Part shown: positions 1 to 10,350 of the stretch, piece after piece | How the letters are laid out: every line of letters begins with the position of its first letter | Position numbering within the stretch: position 1 is the stretch's first letter | Assembly: GCA_964476445.1 (NCBI GenBank) | Contig: CAYZAK010000001.1 | Location: forward strand, 8,351-72,350 | DNA: 64,000 bases | Source of the DNA: an uncultured bacterium | GTDB lineage: Bacteria; CG03; SLGR01; JAGXOG01 | Reading direction: 5' to 3' | Program-made: the position numbers and the translations under genes | Notes under the pieces: generated by a model | The model's database searches: none | Seen by the model: the letters and a program-made list of their open reading frames with translations, nothing else | What the model was told of the DNA's origin: nothing

Positions 1-210
1 AGCCACCCCGGTAATATTCGGTATCATAACCCAATAATTTCAGCCATCTACATAACCGGCCCCGCATGAAATCTACCAGAAATTTTTTATTATTTTTACA
101 TAAATATTTCTGATTCACTTTTAAATTATAAAATTATATCAACCGGTAAAACAAAAATCAAATTCTGTTATATACTATTTATATCAAAAATAATTTTTGG
201 TCGGAGAATT

Positions 211-1569
211 TTAGGAGTTACCTTTTTCATTATTTTCATCCTCTTCGGTAAGATGCTCTTCTAGAGTCTTATCACCTAAAATTTTCTCCAAGGCCTGCCG
301 GGCTTTATTTTTAACCTGCTCATCCGGATCATCCAGTAACTTTTCCAGAACCTTACTGGTTGCTGTTTCCTCAATTTCACCGAGAGCCCAGGCGGCAGAT
401 AATCTCATCCATTTGTTTTCACTGTTTGCCATGTCTTGAAGAACTACAATAGATTTTTCCGCATCATACCGGTAAAATTCTTTAGCCGCATTAGCCCGAG
501 TCCGGTTATCTTTAGAATCTAAAAACGGTTTTAACATATCCGGGGCCCGGGGACTATCTTTAAAAATTCGGGCAATGACTTCTACACTGTCAGCCCGGGC
601 CCGCGTTCGAGTGTCAATACCAGTTACCGCTTTCCTTCCCCCCTTTCCGTCAGGCAAAACCAGTTTCTTAGTACTCCCGTCCCTGGTTAATCTTTCCATT
701 ATATCAAAAACTTTTTTCCAGTTTCTCTCCAGTTCTTCGGCACGTTTATAGGAACTGCCGTACTGCATTAATTTTTCCGATAATTTCTGAGTATCTTTAT
801 TATAAGTGTTTTTTAAATTCTCTACTAACCGTTTTTCCTCCTTTATGTTTTTTATTAATTCTTCATCCCTCTTTTTAGAAAAACTAAGAAATAACTTCAC
901 CCCCATCACTCCGCCAAAAAGCAATAAAGCCCCAGCCATTAATATATAAAAAACGCCAGGACCATTTTCCTCTTTTATTTCCTGTTCCAGTTGAATTCTA
1001 AGTTCTTCTCTCTCCCTCCGTAATTCCTCCAGTTGAGATCTTAACTCTCCCTGGGAATCAGCGGACCGGGAAATTTCTCTTCTTAACTGAGCAATAGTAC
1101 TGCTTAAATTATCTATCCTATCCTCATATACTCTGACTTCTCTTTGAGCAACCCGGGAAGGAGTCGGTTCCGGATCGGGCTCCGGTTCAGAAACTGGTTC
1201 GGGCGCAAAGGCATCGGGATCTATTAAATTTTGAATTTCCCTAATACTATTGATTAATACTGGAGAATCAGGTATATGTCTTTGAGCAATCTGAAGGTAT
1301 CTCATTCCCTGTTGGTAATTACCGGTTTCTTTCACTTCTTCTGTTAATCTTTCTACACTGCTTTCCATCAAGTTAAGCGCTCTTTCATTTTCCGGGTCAT
1401 TCTCTAATACTGAATTCAGTGAAGAAATTGTCCCCTGTATATCACCCTCTAAATACTTCTGTATTGATTCTCCTAAAAGAACATCGACAGATGGCTCTTC
1501 CTGGGCATGTACTAATCCCATATTAGACAACAATAATAAAACTAAAATTTTCATAAACTTAACTCTCAT
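211..1569 (-). CDS. Signal-peptide protein with central coiled coil, one TM helix and C-terminal HEAT/PBS-lyase-like repeats
   Basis: N-terminal hydrophobic leader MKILVLLLLSNMGLVHA; E/R/L-rich heptad region; hydrophobic segment FYILMAGALLLFGGVMGV; C-terminal repeats such as KWMRLSAAWALGEIEETATSKVLEKLLDDPDEQVKNKARQALEKI typical of HEAT repeats. Confidence 0.45.
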   Translation of the reverse strand: MRVKFMKILVLLLLSNMGLVHAQEEPSVDVLLGESIQKYLEGDIQGTISSLNSVLENDPENERALNLMESSVERLTEEVKETGNYQQGMRYLQIAQRHIPDSPVLINSIREIQNLIDPDAFAPEPVSEPEPDPEPTPSRVAQREVRVYEDRIDNLSSTIAQLRREISRSADSQGELRSQLEELRREREELRIQLEQEIKEENGPGVFYILMAGALLLFGGVMGVKLFLSFSKKRDEELIKNIKEEKRLVENLKNTYNKDTQKLSEKLMQYGSSYKRAEELERNWKKVFDIMERLTRDGSTKKLVLPDGKGGRKAVTGIDTRTRARADSVEVIARIFKDSPRAPDMLKPFLDSKDNRTRANAAKEFYRYDAEKSIVVLQDMANSENKWMRLSAAWALGEIEETATSKVLEKLLDDPDEQVKNKARQALEKILGDKTLEEHLTEEDENNEKGNS

Positions 1570-1575
1570 TATCTC

Positions 1576-2739
1576 TTATCCCATTATTTCCAGTACATCC
1601 TGCAGTCTGTCAAATATATCCATGGCCTCTTGATTATCCGGTTCTAACCGGAGAGCCCTTATCAAATGTCGTCTGACGCTGTCTATCTCCCTTTCTCTTA
1701 TGCTGTGCCGGGCGGCGGAAAGATGGTAGTAAACTTGGGCTTGTTCATTACGGGGTTGCCTGAGATGGAGTAAATCAAACCTTACCAAAGCCTCGTTAAA
1801 TATTTCATTATTGTAAAGTTCCAATCCCTTTTCAAAAAGTTCATCTGTATCCTCACCTAAAATACCTAGATATAACGATATCATTGGATTATCAGGGGCC
1901 AGATAAAGTAACTTTTCGAAAAGTTCTTCAGCGGCCCGTTCATCTCCCACGGTCATATACTCTTTGGCCTCTTCAAGTTTATCATCAACCTGGTCTTTAT
2001 ACCAGCTTAAATCAAGTTCTCTGCTTTTTCTGGCTGCAGAACGAACATTTTCATACTCTTCATTTTCCAGGTACTCCAAAGCCCGGGAGTAAAACACCCG
2101 GGAAGCTTCCTTTTTGACCTGTTTGAATAATTCCTCTCCCCCCATATGTCCAGGATTTTCAGAAATAAAAAATCTTATTAAATCCAAAGCTTCTTCCCAT
2201 TCGCCATCATCTTTTAAATTATCTATTTTTTCTTTAAATTCCTCGAATCCAAGATCCTGAATATCAGCATATTCCGCTGCATAGCGGCTTCTCACTTCCC
2301 GGTCTAATTCATGTATCCGGGACTCCGGAGGCTGGGGATTATCTAATAAATAGTATAAAATTTCATCCGCGGCCTGGGACCGGGAGTTATCTTCTAAATA
2401 TCGGTTATACAATTCTTCTATCCTATCCGAGTACTCCCTATCGTAAGTTGACGCTTCATCTAGATTCTGGTTTGCCTCACTCATCCGGTTTGCATAGATT
2501 AATGTAAAACCCTTTTTTAATTTTTCATGAGCCACTTTTCTGTTTACCATATTTCTTATCTTTAGTGTCAGATTATCATCCGAATTATCTTGAAGATAAG
2601 ATTCTATATCCTTAAATGATTCGGTATAATTTTCATCTAAAAAAAAGTTCATAGACCGTCTTAACCTTTCAACCGCTTGCCCATTTACGGGAAAGGTAAA
2701 TAAAAACAATATTAACAATATTCTTGTCTTTATATTCAA
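1576..2739 (-). CDS. Secreted TPR-like repeat protein
   Basis: Signal peptide MNIKTRILLILFLFTFPVNGQA followed by helical repeat-rich sequence with TPR-like A/Y/L spacing; no enzymatic motif. Confidence 0.45.
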   Translation of the reverse strand: MNIKTRILLILFLFTFPVNGQAVERLRRSMNFFLDENYTESFKDIESYLQDNSDDNLTLKIRNMVNRKVAHEKLKKGFTLIYANRMSEANQNLDEASTYDREYSDRIEELYNRYLEDNSRSQAADEILYYLLDNPQPPESRIHELDREVRSRYAAEYADIQDLGFEEFKEKIDNLKDDGEWEEALDLIRFFISENPGHMGGEELFKQVKKEASRVFYSRALEYLENEEYENVRSAARKSRELDLSWYKDQVDDKLEEAKEYMTVGDERAAEELFEKLLYLAPDNPMISLYLGILGEDTDELFEKGLELYNNEIFNEALVRFDLLHLRQPRNEQAQVYYHLSAARHSIREREIDSVRRHLIRALRLEPDNQEAMDIFDRLQDVLEIMG

Positions 2740-2741
2740 TA

Positions 2742-3419
2742 TTATTCTGTTTTAAATTTATTCAGGAGGTCTTCCAGGTATTCTTTTTCTCTTTTTTCAA
2801 AATTAATTCGCTGGTTTTCAAATTCCTCCTGCCATTTCTTTCTTTGTTCCAGCAATTTTTTCTCCTTTTTTCGAAGCTCTTCCTCCCAAATATTCTTTTG
2901 TCTTTCAATGGCCTGTTCCATTTTAGCTTCAAGCTTTTCTCTTACCCGGGAGACTCTTTCCCGTATTTCCTGTTCTTTTTCTTTATTTAATTTTTTCCGC
3001 TGGCGGGAAAGAGCTTTTTCGTGTTCTTCCTCTAGGTCTTTAACCAATTCCTGCTTATCATTGCTTAGCCGGTCAAGTTTTTGAGTAGTATCTTTCCGGG
3101 TTAAGCTAAGATTATCCTCCAGGTCATTTTTTTTCTGTTTTAACTTTTTGTTTTCATCTTCAAGTTTTGCTATGTACTTATCAGTTTCTTTTATCTCCTC
3201 ACTTATCTGGGTTTTTAACAAGTCCAGTTGTCTTTCTTTTTTTTCCATAGAAATTTCATGAGAATTTTGTAAGATTTCCTTTTCTCTTTTCAACTCTCTG
3301 GTCTTTTTTTGGAGATCTTTTATTTCGGATTTAAGCTTTTCTTTTTCTCTATCCCAACGCTGCTCCATTTTCTGAAGCTGTTTTAAAATTTCAGTTTTAG
3401 TTTTTTCTTTTTCGTTCAT
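2742..3419 (-). CDS. Lys/Glu-rich coiled-coil protein, 4-nt overlap with ligA stop
   Basis: 225 aa of almost uninterrupted K/E/L heptads; start overlaps ligA stop (3416-3419), suggesting co-transcription. Confidence 0.4.
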   Translation of the reverse strand: MNEKEKTKTEILKQLQKMEQRWDREKEKLKSEIKDLQKKTRELKREKEILQNSHEISMEKKERQLDLLKTQISEEIKETDKYIAKLEDENKKLKQKKNDLEDNLSLTRKDTTQKLDRLSNDKQELVKDLEEEHEKALSRQRKKLNKEKEQEIRERVSRVREKLEAKMEQAIERQKNIWEEELRKKEKKLLEQRKKWQEEFENQRINFEKREKEYLEDLLNKFKTE

Positions 3420-5419
3420 AAGGGTCGTAAAATTTTTTCAAATTCGTCTTCATCTATAATTTTTACATTTTCCCGGCGAGCTTTATCTAATTTAGACCCT
3501 GGTTTTTCTCCCGCTACCAGGTAATCAATACGGGAACTAACAGAACTCAGCGCTCGCCCTCCTAATTTTTCAATCTCCTTTTTTGCTTCAGAACGGGTAT
3601 GTTTTTCCAACGCACCGGTAAAAACAAATTTTTTATTTTCCAATATATTTTTGGACTCCCCGGAAAAATTTGGTCTAACTCCCCGGGACAGCATTTTTTT
3701 TATAATATCAATATTTCTATTATTTTTAAAAAAATTCTTTACCGATTCGGCCACCACCGGCCCGATATCTTCGTACTCAGATAACCGGGAAAAATCGGTT
3801 TCCATTAAATTATCCAATGTCTTAAATTTACAGGCTAAAATTCCGGCCGTATACTTACCCACGTGCCGGATACTCAAAGCATAAATAAAATCTTTAAGAG
3901 AACAATCTTTGCTCTCATCTATTGATTCTAACAGATTATTAGCTTTTTTACGGGCAAATAAATTTAATTTAAGTAGATCTTCTTTTCTTAATTTATAAAT
4001 ATCAGCTATACTTTTTGCTAGGTTATTTTCAATAATCTGACCGGATACTTTTTTACCCAAACCCTCTATATCCATAGCCCGTGGAGAGGCGAAATATACT
4101 ATTTTACGTTTTAGCTGGGCTGGACAGGACATGTTAGTGCACCGTATATATACTCCGTCAGGGTCTTTAACTACTTTTCCCCCACAACTGGGACATTTTT
4201 TAGGAGTCTTAATAGGTTTTGCATCCTTAACTTTTTTTACCACCCCCATAATTTTAGGGATTACATCTCCCCCTCTTTTTACTTCAACTTTATCTCCAAC
4301 CCCAACTTTTAATCTTTTAATTTCTTCAAAATTATGTAGAGTAGCCCGAGATATTGTTACTCCACCTATATCAACCGGCTTCAACTTGGCCACCGGAGTA
4401 ATTATTGCCGTTCTTCCTATGTTAAAGGTTACATCTTTTAAAGTAGTTATCTCCCTTTTAGGCTTAAATTTAAAAGCCACCGCCCACCTGGGACTTTTAG
4501 AAGTAGCTCCTAAATGTAATCTTTTTTCAAGAGAATTAACCTTTAGGACCGCTCCGTCTATTTCATAATTTTTTTTATTTCGTTTAGCTTCAAAAACTTT
4601 AAACGCTTGAAATATTTCTTTAAAAGAACTGCATATATAAAAATTGGAATTTATGGGCAACCCCCATTTTTTATAATTTTGCAACAGTTCTTCTTGAGTT
4701 TCAGGATAGGGGAAATTTTTCACATCTCCCACTCCGTAAAAAAAAGCTTTTAATCTTCTCTTTGCTACCCTGGCCGGATCCAGTAATTTAAGAGTACCGG
4801 CACAAGTATTTCGAGGATTTGAAAAAGGAGTTTTACCTTTCTCTTTTCGTTTTTTATTAATTCGGTTAAGTTCGGATTTTGTTATAAAAATTTCTCCACG
4901 TATTTCAATAAAATCAGGATGTTTTTCTCCTCTTAATACCAGGGGGATAACTTTCTGAGTTTTAATATTTGCCGTTACATCGTCGCCCCGGTACCCGTTA
5001 CCCCGGGTAACCGCTAAAGTTAAATTTCCTTTTTCATAAATCAACGATATTCCCACACCATCTATTTTCTCTTCCACCGAATAACCTCTAAAATTATTTA
5101 GCTTTTTCTCAACTCTTCGGATCCATTGTTTTGTTTCCTCTCCTGAATAAGTATTATCAAGAGAGAGCATAGGTTTCCGGTGGTTTACTGTTTTAAATTC
5201 CGCTGCCGGTTCTCCTCCAACTCGATGAGTTGGAGAATTGGAATTGTCAAACTGCGGATATCTTTTTTCTAATAATAGCAACCTGTCATATAATTTATCA
5301 TACTTTTGATCAGAAATTCCAGGTTGCCCTTGTACATAATAAAGATTATCGTGATATCTTATCTTTTCTCTGAGATTTTCTATTTTTTTATTTATCTTTT
5401 CCTTATCTGTCATTCGCAA
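3416..5419 (-). CDS. ligA: NAD-dependent DNA ligase
   Basis: N-terminal Ia domain LREKIRYHDNLYYVQGQPGISDQKYD; adenylation motif VEEKIDGVGISLIYEKG (KxDG); Zn-finger cysteines CPSCGGKVVKDPDGVYIRCTNMSCPAQ; HhH and C-terminal BRCT (FVFTGAL...). Confidence 0.92.
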   Translation of the reverse strand: MRMTDKEKINKKIENLREKIRYHDNLYYVQGQPGISDQKYDKLYDRLLLLEKRYPQFDNSNSPTHRVGGEPAAEFKTVNHRKPMLSLDNTYSGEETKQWIRRVEKKLNNFRGYSVEEKIDGVGISLIYEKGNLTLAVTRGNGYRGDDVTANIKTQKVIPLVLRGEKHPDFIEIRGEIFITKSELNRINKKRKEKGKTPFSNPRNTCAGTLKLLDPARVAKRRLKAFFYGVGDVKNFPYPETQEELLQNYKKWGLPINSNFYICSSFKEIFQAFKVFEAKRNKKNYEIDGAVLKVNSLEKRLHLGATSKSPRWAVAFKFKPKREITTLKDVTFNIGRTAIITPVAKLKPVDIGGVTISRATLHNFEEIKRLKVGVGDKVEVKRGGDVIPKIMGVVKKVKDAKPIKTPKKCPSCGGKVVKDPDGVYIRCTNMSCPAQLKRKIVYFASPRAMDIEGLGKKVSGQIIENNLAKSIADIYKLRKEDLLKLNLFARKKANNLLESIDESKDCSLKDFIYALSIRHVGKYTAGILACKFKTLDNLMETDFSRLSEYEDIGPVVAESVKNFFKNNRNIDIIKKMLSRGVRPNFSGESKNILENKKFVFTGALEKHTRSEAKKEIEKLGGRALSSVSSRIDYLVAGEKPGSKLDKARRENVKIIDEDEFEKILRPL

Positions 5420-5813
5420 TATTTTTACTTCCGGTATCCAAAATACCGTTTACAAATTTATGGGATTTTTCAGTAGAAAAATATTTTGCCAGTTCCACCG
5501 CTTCATTTATGGCCGCGTTACGGGGTATGGTATCCTCAAAAAATATTTCATAAAACCCCATTCTTATTATTGCTCTATCCACTTTAGCTATTCTATCCAT
5601 TTCCCAATTATCAGTATTTTCTAAAATAATTTTGTCGATGAAATCTAGTTTATTATGGGTACCTCTAACTAAATATATAGCAAACTCAAATACTTCCCTG
5701 GATTCAAAAGAAGAACTTATTATATCCCAGGCAGTTTCTTCATCTATTTCCAGAGCATCCATAGCGTAAAGTACTCTAATAGCTAATTTTCGGGCTTCTC
5801 TTCTTTTTCCCAT
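5403..5813 (-). CDS. nusB: Transcription antitermination factor NusB
   Basis: MGKRREARKLAIRVLYAMD...DRIAKVDRAIIRMGFYEIFF...IPRNAAINEAVELAKYF matches NusB family; sits directly after ribH as in many bacteria. Confidence 0.85.
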   Translation of the reverse strand: MGKRREARKLAIRVLYAMDALEIDEETAWDIISSSFESREVFEFAIYLVRGTHNKLDFIDKIILENTDNWEMDRIAKVDRAIIRMGFYEIFFEDTIPRNAAINEAVELAKYFSTEKSHKFVNGILDTGSKNIANDR

Positions 5814-6278
5814 TTATTTGATTTTTCGATATAAATCGGTCATTTCCAGGGCTGCCCGTGCTGCCTCGGATCCTTTGTTGCCCCCCTTTCCTCCCGAGCG
5901 CTCAATAGCCTGATCAATATTATCGCAAGTTAATATACCAAAACTAACCGGACGGGATCCTCTATGTCCCTCTTCGGCTACCGTCCTGGCAACCTGGGAA
6001 GCCACATATTCAAAATGAGGGGTATCACCTCTTATAACCGCTCCCAAACATATTATTAAATCATATACAGAACTGCCAGAGAGTTTGTTTACCGCACCGG
6101 CAATCTCCCACGCTCCAGGCACTTCTATGACAGTTATATGCGAATCTTCCACCCCGTTTCTTATAAGTTCCTCAGTAGCTCCTTCCAGTAGATTTTTGAC
6201 CACCTGCTCATTACAACGGGATACAACTACAGCTGCTCTTTTTCCTTCACCATATATTTTACCTTTTATCTTTTCCAT
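5814..6278 (-). CDS. ribH: 6,7-dimethyl-8-ribityllumazine synthase
   Basis: AAVVVSRCNEQVVKNLLEGA...VIEVPGAWEIAGAV...ICLGAVIRGDTPHFEYVA lumazine synthase motifs. Confidence 0.9.
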   Translation of the reverse strand: MEKIKGKIYGEGKRAAVVVSRCNEQVVKNLLEGATEELIRNGVEDSHITVIEVPGAWEIAGAVNKLSGSSVYDLIICLGAVIRGDTPHFEYVASQVARTVAEEGHRGSRPVSFGILTCDNIDQAIERSGGKGGNKGSEAARAALEMTDLYRKIK

Positions 6279-6323
6279 GCTGTTATCTCCATTATATATA
6301 ATACTCTTTACCTTTACTCACCG

Positions 6324-7535
6324 TTATTCCAGATAATGTCCCAATTTTTCTTTTTTAGTATCAAGATATTTTTTATTTTCCCGGGTCGGCTTAGGTGTAA
6401 TAGAAATTCGATCAGTAATTTCCAACCCATAACCGGCAAGACCCACTATTTTTTTAGGATTATTGGTAAGCAATTTTATGCTTGATAAACCCAGATCAGA
6501 TAAAATTTGGGCCCCTGTGCCATAATCTCTTAAATCAGCTTTAAACCCTAAAGCATGATTGGCCTCAACAGTATCAAGACCCTCATCCTGCAAGGAATAA
6601 GCCTTAATTTTTTCATCCAATCCAATACCCCGCCCTTCCTGCCTCATATAAAGAAATACTCCCTGTCCTTCTTCGTCTAAAAGCCGTAATGCCATTTCCA
6701 GTTGCTGACCGCAATCACATCTTTTTGATCCTAACACCTCTCCGGTAAGACACTGTGAATGTACTCTGACCAGAACTTTTTCTTTATCTTTTACCTTACC
6801 CTTTACCAGAGCCAGATGGGATTTACTTTTATCCAAATTGGACTTGTATACATAAAGCTTAAATTTTCCATATTTTGTGGGAAGTACAGTTTTGCTTGCA
6901 CATTCCACAAAATTTTCATTTCTGTACCTGTATTTAATTAAATCCGCTATGGTAATTAAGTTAAGGTTATGTTTACTAACAAATTTTTTAAGTTCTTTCA
7001 TCCGGGCCATAGAACCGTCGTCATTCATTATCTCGCATATTACTCCGCCGGGAAAAAGTCCCGCCATTCTAACTAGATCTACGGAGGCTTCAGTATGTCC
7101 GGCCCTTTTAAGAACTCCTCCTTCTTGATATTTTATGGGAAAAACATGGCCTGGAGTTGTAATGCTTTTTTGACCTTTTTTCGGATCTGCCAGGACATTT
7201 ATGGTCTTAGCCCTATCTTCAGCTGAAATACCGGTAGTAACTCCATTGCGGGCGTCACAGGAAACAGTAAATTCCGCTTCACGGGAATCATGCCGTCTTT
7301 CCATGGGATTAAGATTTAGTTTATTTAACCTCTCTTCTTTTAGGGTAACACATATAAGGCCTCTCCCCTTTTTAGCCATAAAATTTATAGCTTCCGGGGT
7401 GGCCTGACCAGCGGCCATCACCAGATCCCCCTCATTTTCACGCTCTTCATCATCAACAATTACAACCATCTTACCGTTTTTTATATCCTCAACGGCACGC
7501 TCAACTCTTTTTATACAATTTTCTTTTTCATTCAT
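6324..7535 (-). CDS. ribBA: Bifunctional 3,4-dihydroxy-2-butanone-4-phosphate synthase / GTP cyclohydrolase II
   Basis: N-terminal DHBP synthase motif [19 protein letters not shown]; C-terminal GTP cyclohydrolase II with Zn-binding [15 protein letters not shown]. Confidence 0.92.
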   Translation of the reverse strand: MNEKENCIKRVERAVEDIKNGKMVVIVDDEERENEGDLVMAAGQATPEAINFMAKKGRGLICVTLKEERLNKLNLNPMERRHDSREAEFTVSCDARNGVTTGISAEDRAKTINVLADPKKGQKSITTPGHVFPIKYQEGGVLKRAGHTEASVDLVRMAGLFPGGVICEIMNDDGSMARMKELKKFVSKHNLNLITIADLIKYRYRNENFVECASKTVLPTKYGKFKLYVYKSNLDKSKSHLALVKGKVKDKEKVLVRVHSQCLTGEVLGSKRCDCGQQLEMALRLLDEEGQGVFLYMRQEGRGIGLDEKIKAYSLQDEGLDTVEANHALGFKADLRDYGTGAQILSDLGLSSIKLLTNNPKKIVGLAGYGLEITDRISITPKPTRENKKYLDTKKEKLGHYLE

Positions 7536-8092
7536 AATTTTCTACTAGCCGCTGTCAACATATCCGGTTCAATGTTCAGCGGCTCGCCTTTCTTTATTTT
7601 CTTCAAATTAGTTCTCTTTAAAGTTTCCGGTATTATCCCTACGGTAAAATAGTTTTTACTTTTTTCATTAACTGTAAGAGAAACACCTTCCACTGCAACC
7701 GATCCTTTTACCATTAAATTTTTTAAAAAAATTTTACTGGCCCTAATTTTTAACACATCAGTGTTATTTCTTTTTGCTCTGGAAAGGAGTTTGCCAGTTT
7801 CCCATACATGACCGTAAACAAAGTGCCCACCTACCCGGTCTGTAAGCTTAAGGGCTCTCTCAAGATTGACAACATCATTTTTTCTAAGTCCACTAAGTGA
7901 ACTTACTCTCAAAGTTTCCCGACCTAAATCCATACTAATTATTTTATTTTCTTTTTTTGTGACCGTTAAACAAACCCCGTTTACCATAACACTGTCGCCG
8001 TTAGTTATATCCTCTAACCTACTTTCTACAATTAAAGTATTTTGTCCTATCCGTTTAATTACCCCTCTATCCTCAACAATTCCGGTAAACAT
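7532..8092 (-). CDS. ribE: Riboflavin synthase alpha chain (B. subtilis nomenclature ribE)
   Basis: [15 protein letters not shown]... two lumazine-binding repeats; overlaps ribBA start by 4 nt. Confidence 0.85.
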   Translation of the reverse strand: MFTGIVEDRGVIKRIGQNTLIVESRLEDITNGDSVMVNGVCLTVTKKENKIISMDLGRETLRVSSLSGLRKNDVVNLERALKLTDRVGGHFVYGHVWETGKLLSRAKRNNTDVLKIRASKIFLKNLMVKGSVAVEGVSLTVNEKSKNYFTVGIIPETLKRTNLKKIKKGEPLNIEPDMLTAASRKL

Positions 8093-8097
8093 TTTGG

Positions 8098-9180
8098 TTA
8101 GATAAGATCTCCCTGCATAACAAGATCTTCTCCCAAGTTAAATCTTTTGACGTTTTTAATTTTGGGGGCCTTTCTCATTTTTTCAACTCCTACCCCATCA
8201 ACCGCTGTAGGCGCATCTTTTCCTCCTATTATTTTTGAACCATATATGAAAATAATTCTATCAACTTCTTTAGCTTCAATAAAATTAGCAGCCGTTGTCC
8301 CCCCCCCCTCTATTAAACATCTTTTAACCTTTTTTTTGCCCAGGAGTTTTAAAATTTTTTCCGGCGGCAACTTTTCATTAACTACAGAAGTTATCTGTAC
8401 TACCTGACACCCTTTTTTTTCAAGTCTCCTTTTTTTCTTGCTACTTGATTCTGAAGACGTCACTATTAAAGTCCCTTTTTTAATAACTTTTAAATTTTCT
8501 TTAATATTTAATTTTCCGTCTATTATCACTCTTAAAGGATTCTTGGCCCGGGGTTTATTTAATCTATAAGTAAGGGATGGATTATCCGTATTTACAGTGC
8601 CACGTCCGGCTATTATTGCTCCTATATTCCCTCTCATCTTCATTGTAAAATTACGAGAACTTTTAGAAGATACCCACCGGCTTTCCCCGGTACGGGTTGC
8701 TATTTTACCGTCCCATGAGACAGCGGATTTTAAAATTACGTAAGGCTTCTTGTATTTCACTAATTTTACATAGTCTTTTATTAAGTTAAAAGTTTCCTGT
8801 TTTAAAACCCCAACTTTAACCCGGACATTATTTTTCCTTAAATAGTTTATACCGTCTACTTCCGGACGGGGATCTTTCATTCCAATAACAACCCTGCTTA
8901 TCCCCTGTTCTACAATCTGTTTTGCACATGGTCCGGTTTTACCTTTATGGGTACAAGGTTCTAAAGTTACAAACATGGTCGAATTTTTTAAATTTCGGGG
9001 AGAATTTTTCATAGCGTTAATTTCTGCATGATGGCCGCCGAATTTTTTATGGTATCCCCTCCCTATTATACATCCGTCTTTTACAATTACACATCCTACC
9101 CGGGGATTTGAAAAGGTCAAGTTAGTACCTCTGCGACCCAATTCTAACGCTTTTTTCATAAAATAAATATCTGATATCAT
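8098..9180 (-). CDS. ribD: Riboflavin biosynthesis deaminase/reductase RibD
   Basis: N-terminal CMP/dCMP-type deaminase HAEINA...EPCTHKGKTGPC; C-terminal RibD reductase domain; N-terminus DIYFMKKALELGRRG aligns with E. coli RibD QDEYYMARALKLAQRG. Confidence 0.9.
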   Translation of the reverse strand: MISDIYFMKKALELGRRGTNLTFSNPRVGCVIVKDGCIIGRGYHKKFGGHHAEINAMKNSPRNLKNSTMFVTLEPCTHKGKTGPCAKQIVEQGISRVVIGMKDPRPEVDGINYLRKNNVRVKVGVLKQETFNLIKDYVKLVKYKKPYVILKSAVSWDGKIATRTGESRWVSSKSSRNFTMKMRGNIGAIIAGRGTVNTDNPSLTYRLNKPRAKNPLRVIIDGKLNIKENLKVIKKGTLIVTSSESSSKKKRRLEKKGCQVVQITSVVNEKLPPEKILKLLGKKKVKRCLIEGGGTTAANFIEAKEVDRIIFIYGSKIIGGKDAPTAVDGVGVEKMRKAPKIKNVKRFNLGEDLVMQGDLI

Positions 9181-9204
9181 TGTTATTGACTTTAAAAAAT
9201 AAAT

Positions 9205-9395
9205 TTAAAAAACCGGAGCTAAAAACTCCGGGCTTTACTTATTACATTATTATTCTTCTCCCTTCCGGCCTCTTACCGTCGGTATCCGAATTACACAGAT
9301 TCAATCTGATGATTTCAGAGTCGCGGACTGATGGCACTTTACCAAACACCGCCGGGCGGGATTTACACCCGTCCCGAAGTTATTCTAAATTTAAT
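9205..9395 (-). promoter_or_regulatory. FMN riboswitch (RFN element) with intrinsic terminator expression platform, in the ribD leader
   Basis: Minus-strand sequence cttcgggacgggtgtaaatcccgcccggcggtgtttggtaaagtgcc...agtccgcgac...attcggataccgacggtaagaggccggaagggagaagaat matches the RFN consensus CTTCGGGGCAGGGTGAAATTCCCGACCGGCGGTAGTAAAGCAC...AGCCCGCGA...GGATTCAGTTTAAGCTGAAGCCGACAGTGAAAGTCTGGATGGGAGAAG. It is followed by hairpin ccggag-tttttag-ctccgg plus a U-run at 9209-9237, just before the ribD ATG at 9180. Confidence 0.85.
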
Positions 9396-9425
9396 GTTTT
9401 AATATTAAATTTTAGGATTTTTATA

Positions 9426-9454
9426 ATTTTATATTCCTTACTATTTTTTGTCAA
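9426..9454 (-). promoter_or_regulatory. Candidate sigma70-like promoter for the riboswitch-rib operon transcript
   Basis: Minus-strand TTGACA (9454-9449), 17-nt spacer, TAAAAT (9431-9426), about 35 nt upstream of the aptamer 5' end; the AT-rich background makes chance matches likely. Confidence 0.25.
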
Positions 9455-9469
9455 ATTTTAATTGTATAA

Positions 9470-10321
9470 TTACCGGGAATTGGGCAACCGGTTTTTGATG
9501 AATTCATCTATGCATTTCAGCCAGTTAATAAGTTCACGGCGACTGGTCTGATTATGCCTTCCTCTCATAGAATGAAATTTTTTAGGTTCCGGGGCTATTT
9601 CAAATAGTTTTTCACCCATAAAATAAGGGGTTACCTGATCTTCACGGCTGTGTATTATAAGTTTGGGTTGAATTACTTTTTTTATTCTCCTGGATGCGTT
9701 ATAGTCAACCGTAACAAAAAGTTCTAAAAGAAAACGGGGAACAAATGGAAGCACTAACTCTCCCATCTCCAATGCGCTGGTAAAAGCGCTTTCTGAAATT
9801 AAAATTCCCTCATCAATATCAGCGGCTAAGTCTATGGCTACATTACCCCCTAAAGATTTACCGTATATTACTATATTTTCCGAACAAAAATTCAGAGTTT
9901 CCTTAACATGCCTGTAAGCTGCCCGGGCGTCTTTATAAAGTCCTTTTTCAGTGGGCTTACCCTGACTTTTTCCGTAACCCCGGTAATCTATTATAAAAAC
10001 ATTAAGTTTCAGACTGTTTAGTAATTTTAATCTTTCCAGACGGTGACTAATATTTCCGGCATTGCCATGAAAATAAATGAGTATTTTTTCACTGTTTTTA
10101 TAGGGGATATACCAGCCATGAAGTTTTGTACCATCTTCAGCTTTTAAATTTGTATCTCTATACTCTAATTCCACTCCGGCGGGGGTTCTATGTACATTAT
10201 TATCGGGAAAATATATTCCCCGAGCCTGGTAAAACCTTATAAAACCCCATAACAGGAAAAGTAAAACTAATACCACCCCTCCCGCTTTAATGATAAATTT
10301 AATTATCAGATGACCATTCAC
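9470..10321 (-). CDS. Membrane-anchored alpha/beta hydrolase
   Basis: N-terminal TM helix; HGNAGN oxyanion-hole region; nucleophile elbow GKSLGG (GxSxG); catalytic Asp/His region IIHSREDQVTP ... RGRHN. Confidence 0.7.
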   Translation of the reverse strand: MNGHLIIKFIIKAGGVVLVLLFLLWGFIRFYQARGIYFPDNNVHRTPAGVELEYRDTNLKAEDGTKLHGWYIPYKNSEKILIYFHGNAGNISHRLERLKLLNSLKLNVFIIDYRGYGKSQGKPTEKGLYKDARAAYRHVKETLNFCSENIVIYGKSLGGNVAIDLAADIDEGILISESAFTSALEMGELVLPFVPRFLLELFVTVDYNASRRIKKVIQPKLIIHSREDQVTPYFMGEKLFEIAPEPKKFHSMRGRHNQTSRRELINWLKCIDEFIKNRLPNSR

Positions 10322-10350
10322 TTTTTTTTAGAGCACATCAACATTAGAAT

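Noticed and set aside
1884-2117. Plus-strand 77-aa ORF inside the minus-strand TPR gene
   Set aside because: Entirely antisense to a longer, better-supported ORF; no homology features; typical shadow ORF
4131-4568. Plus-strand 145-aa ORF antisense to ligA
   Set aside because: Lies inside the conserved ligA coding region; the Ser/Thr/Pro-rich translation is typical of antisense reading of a real gene
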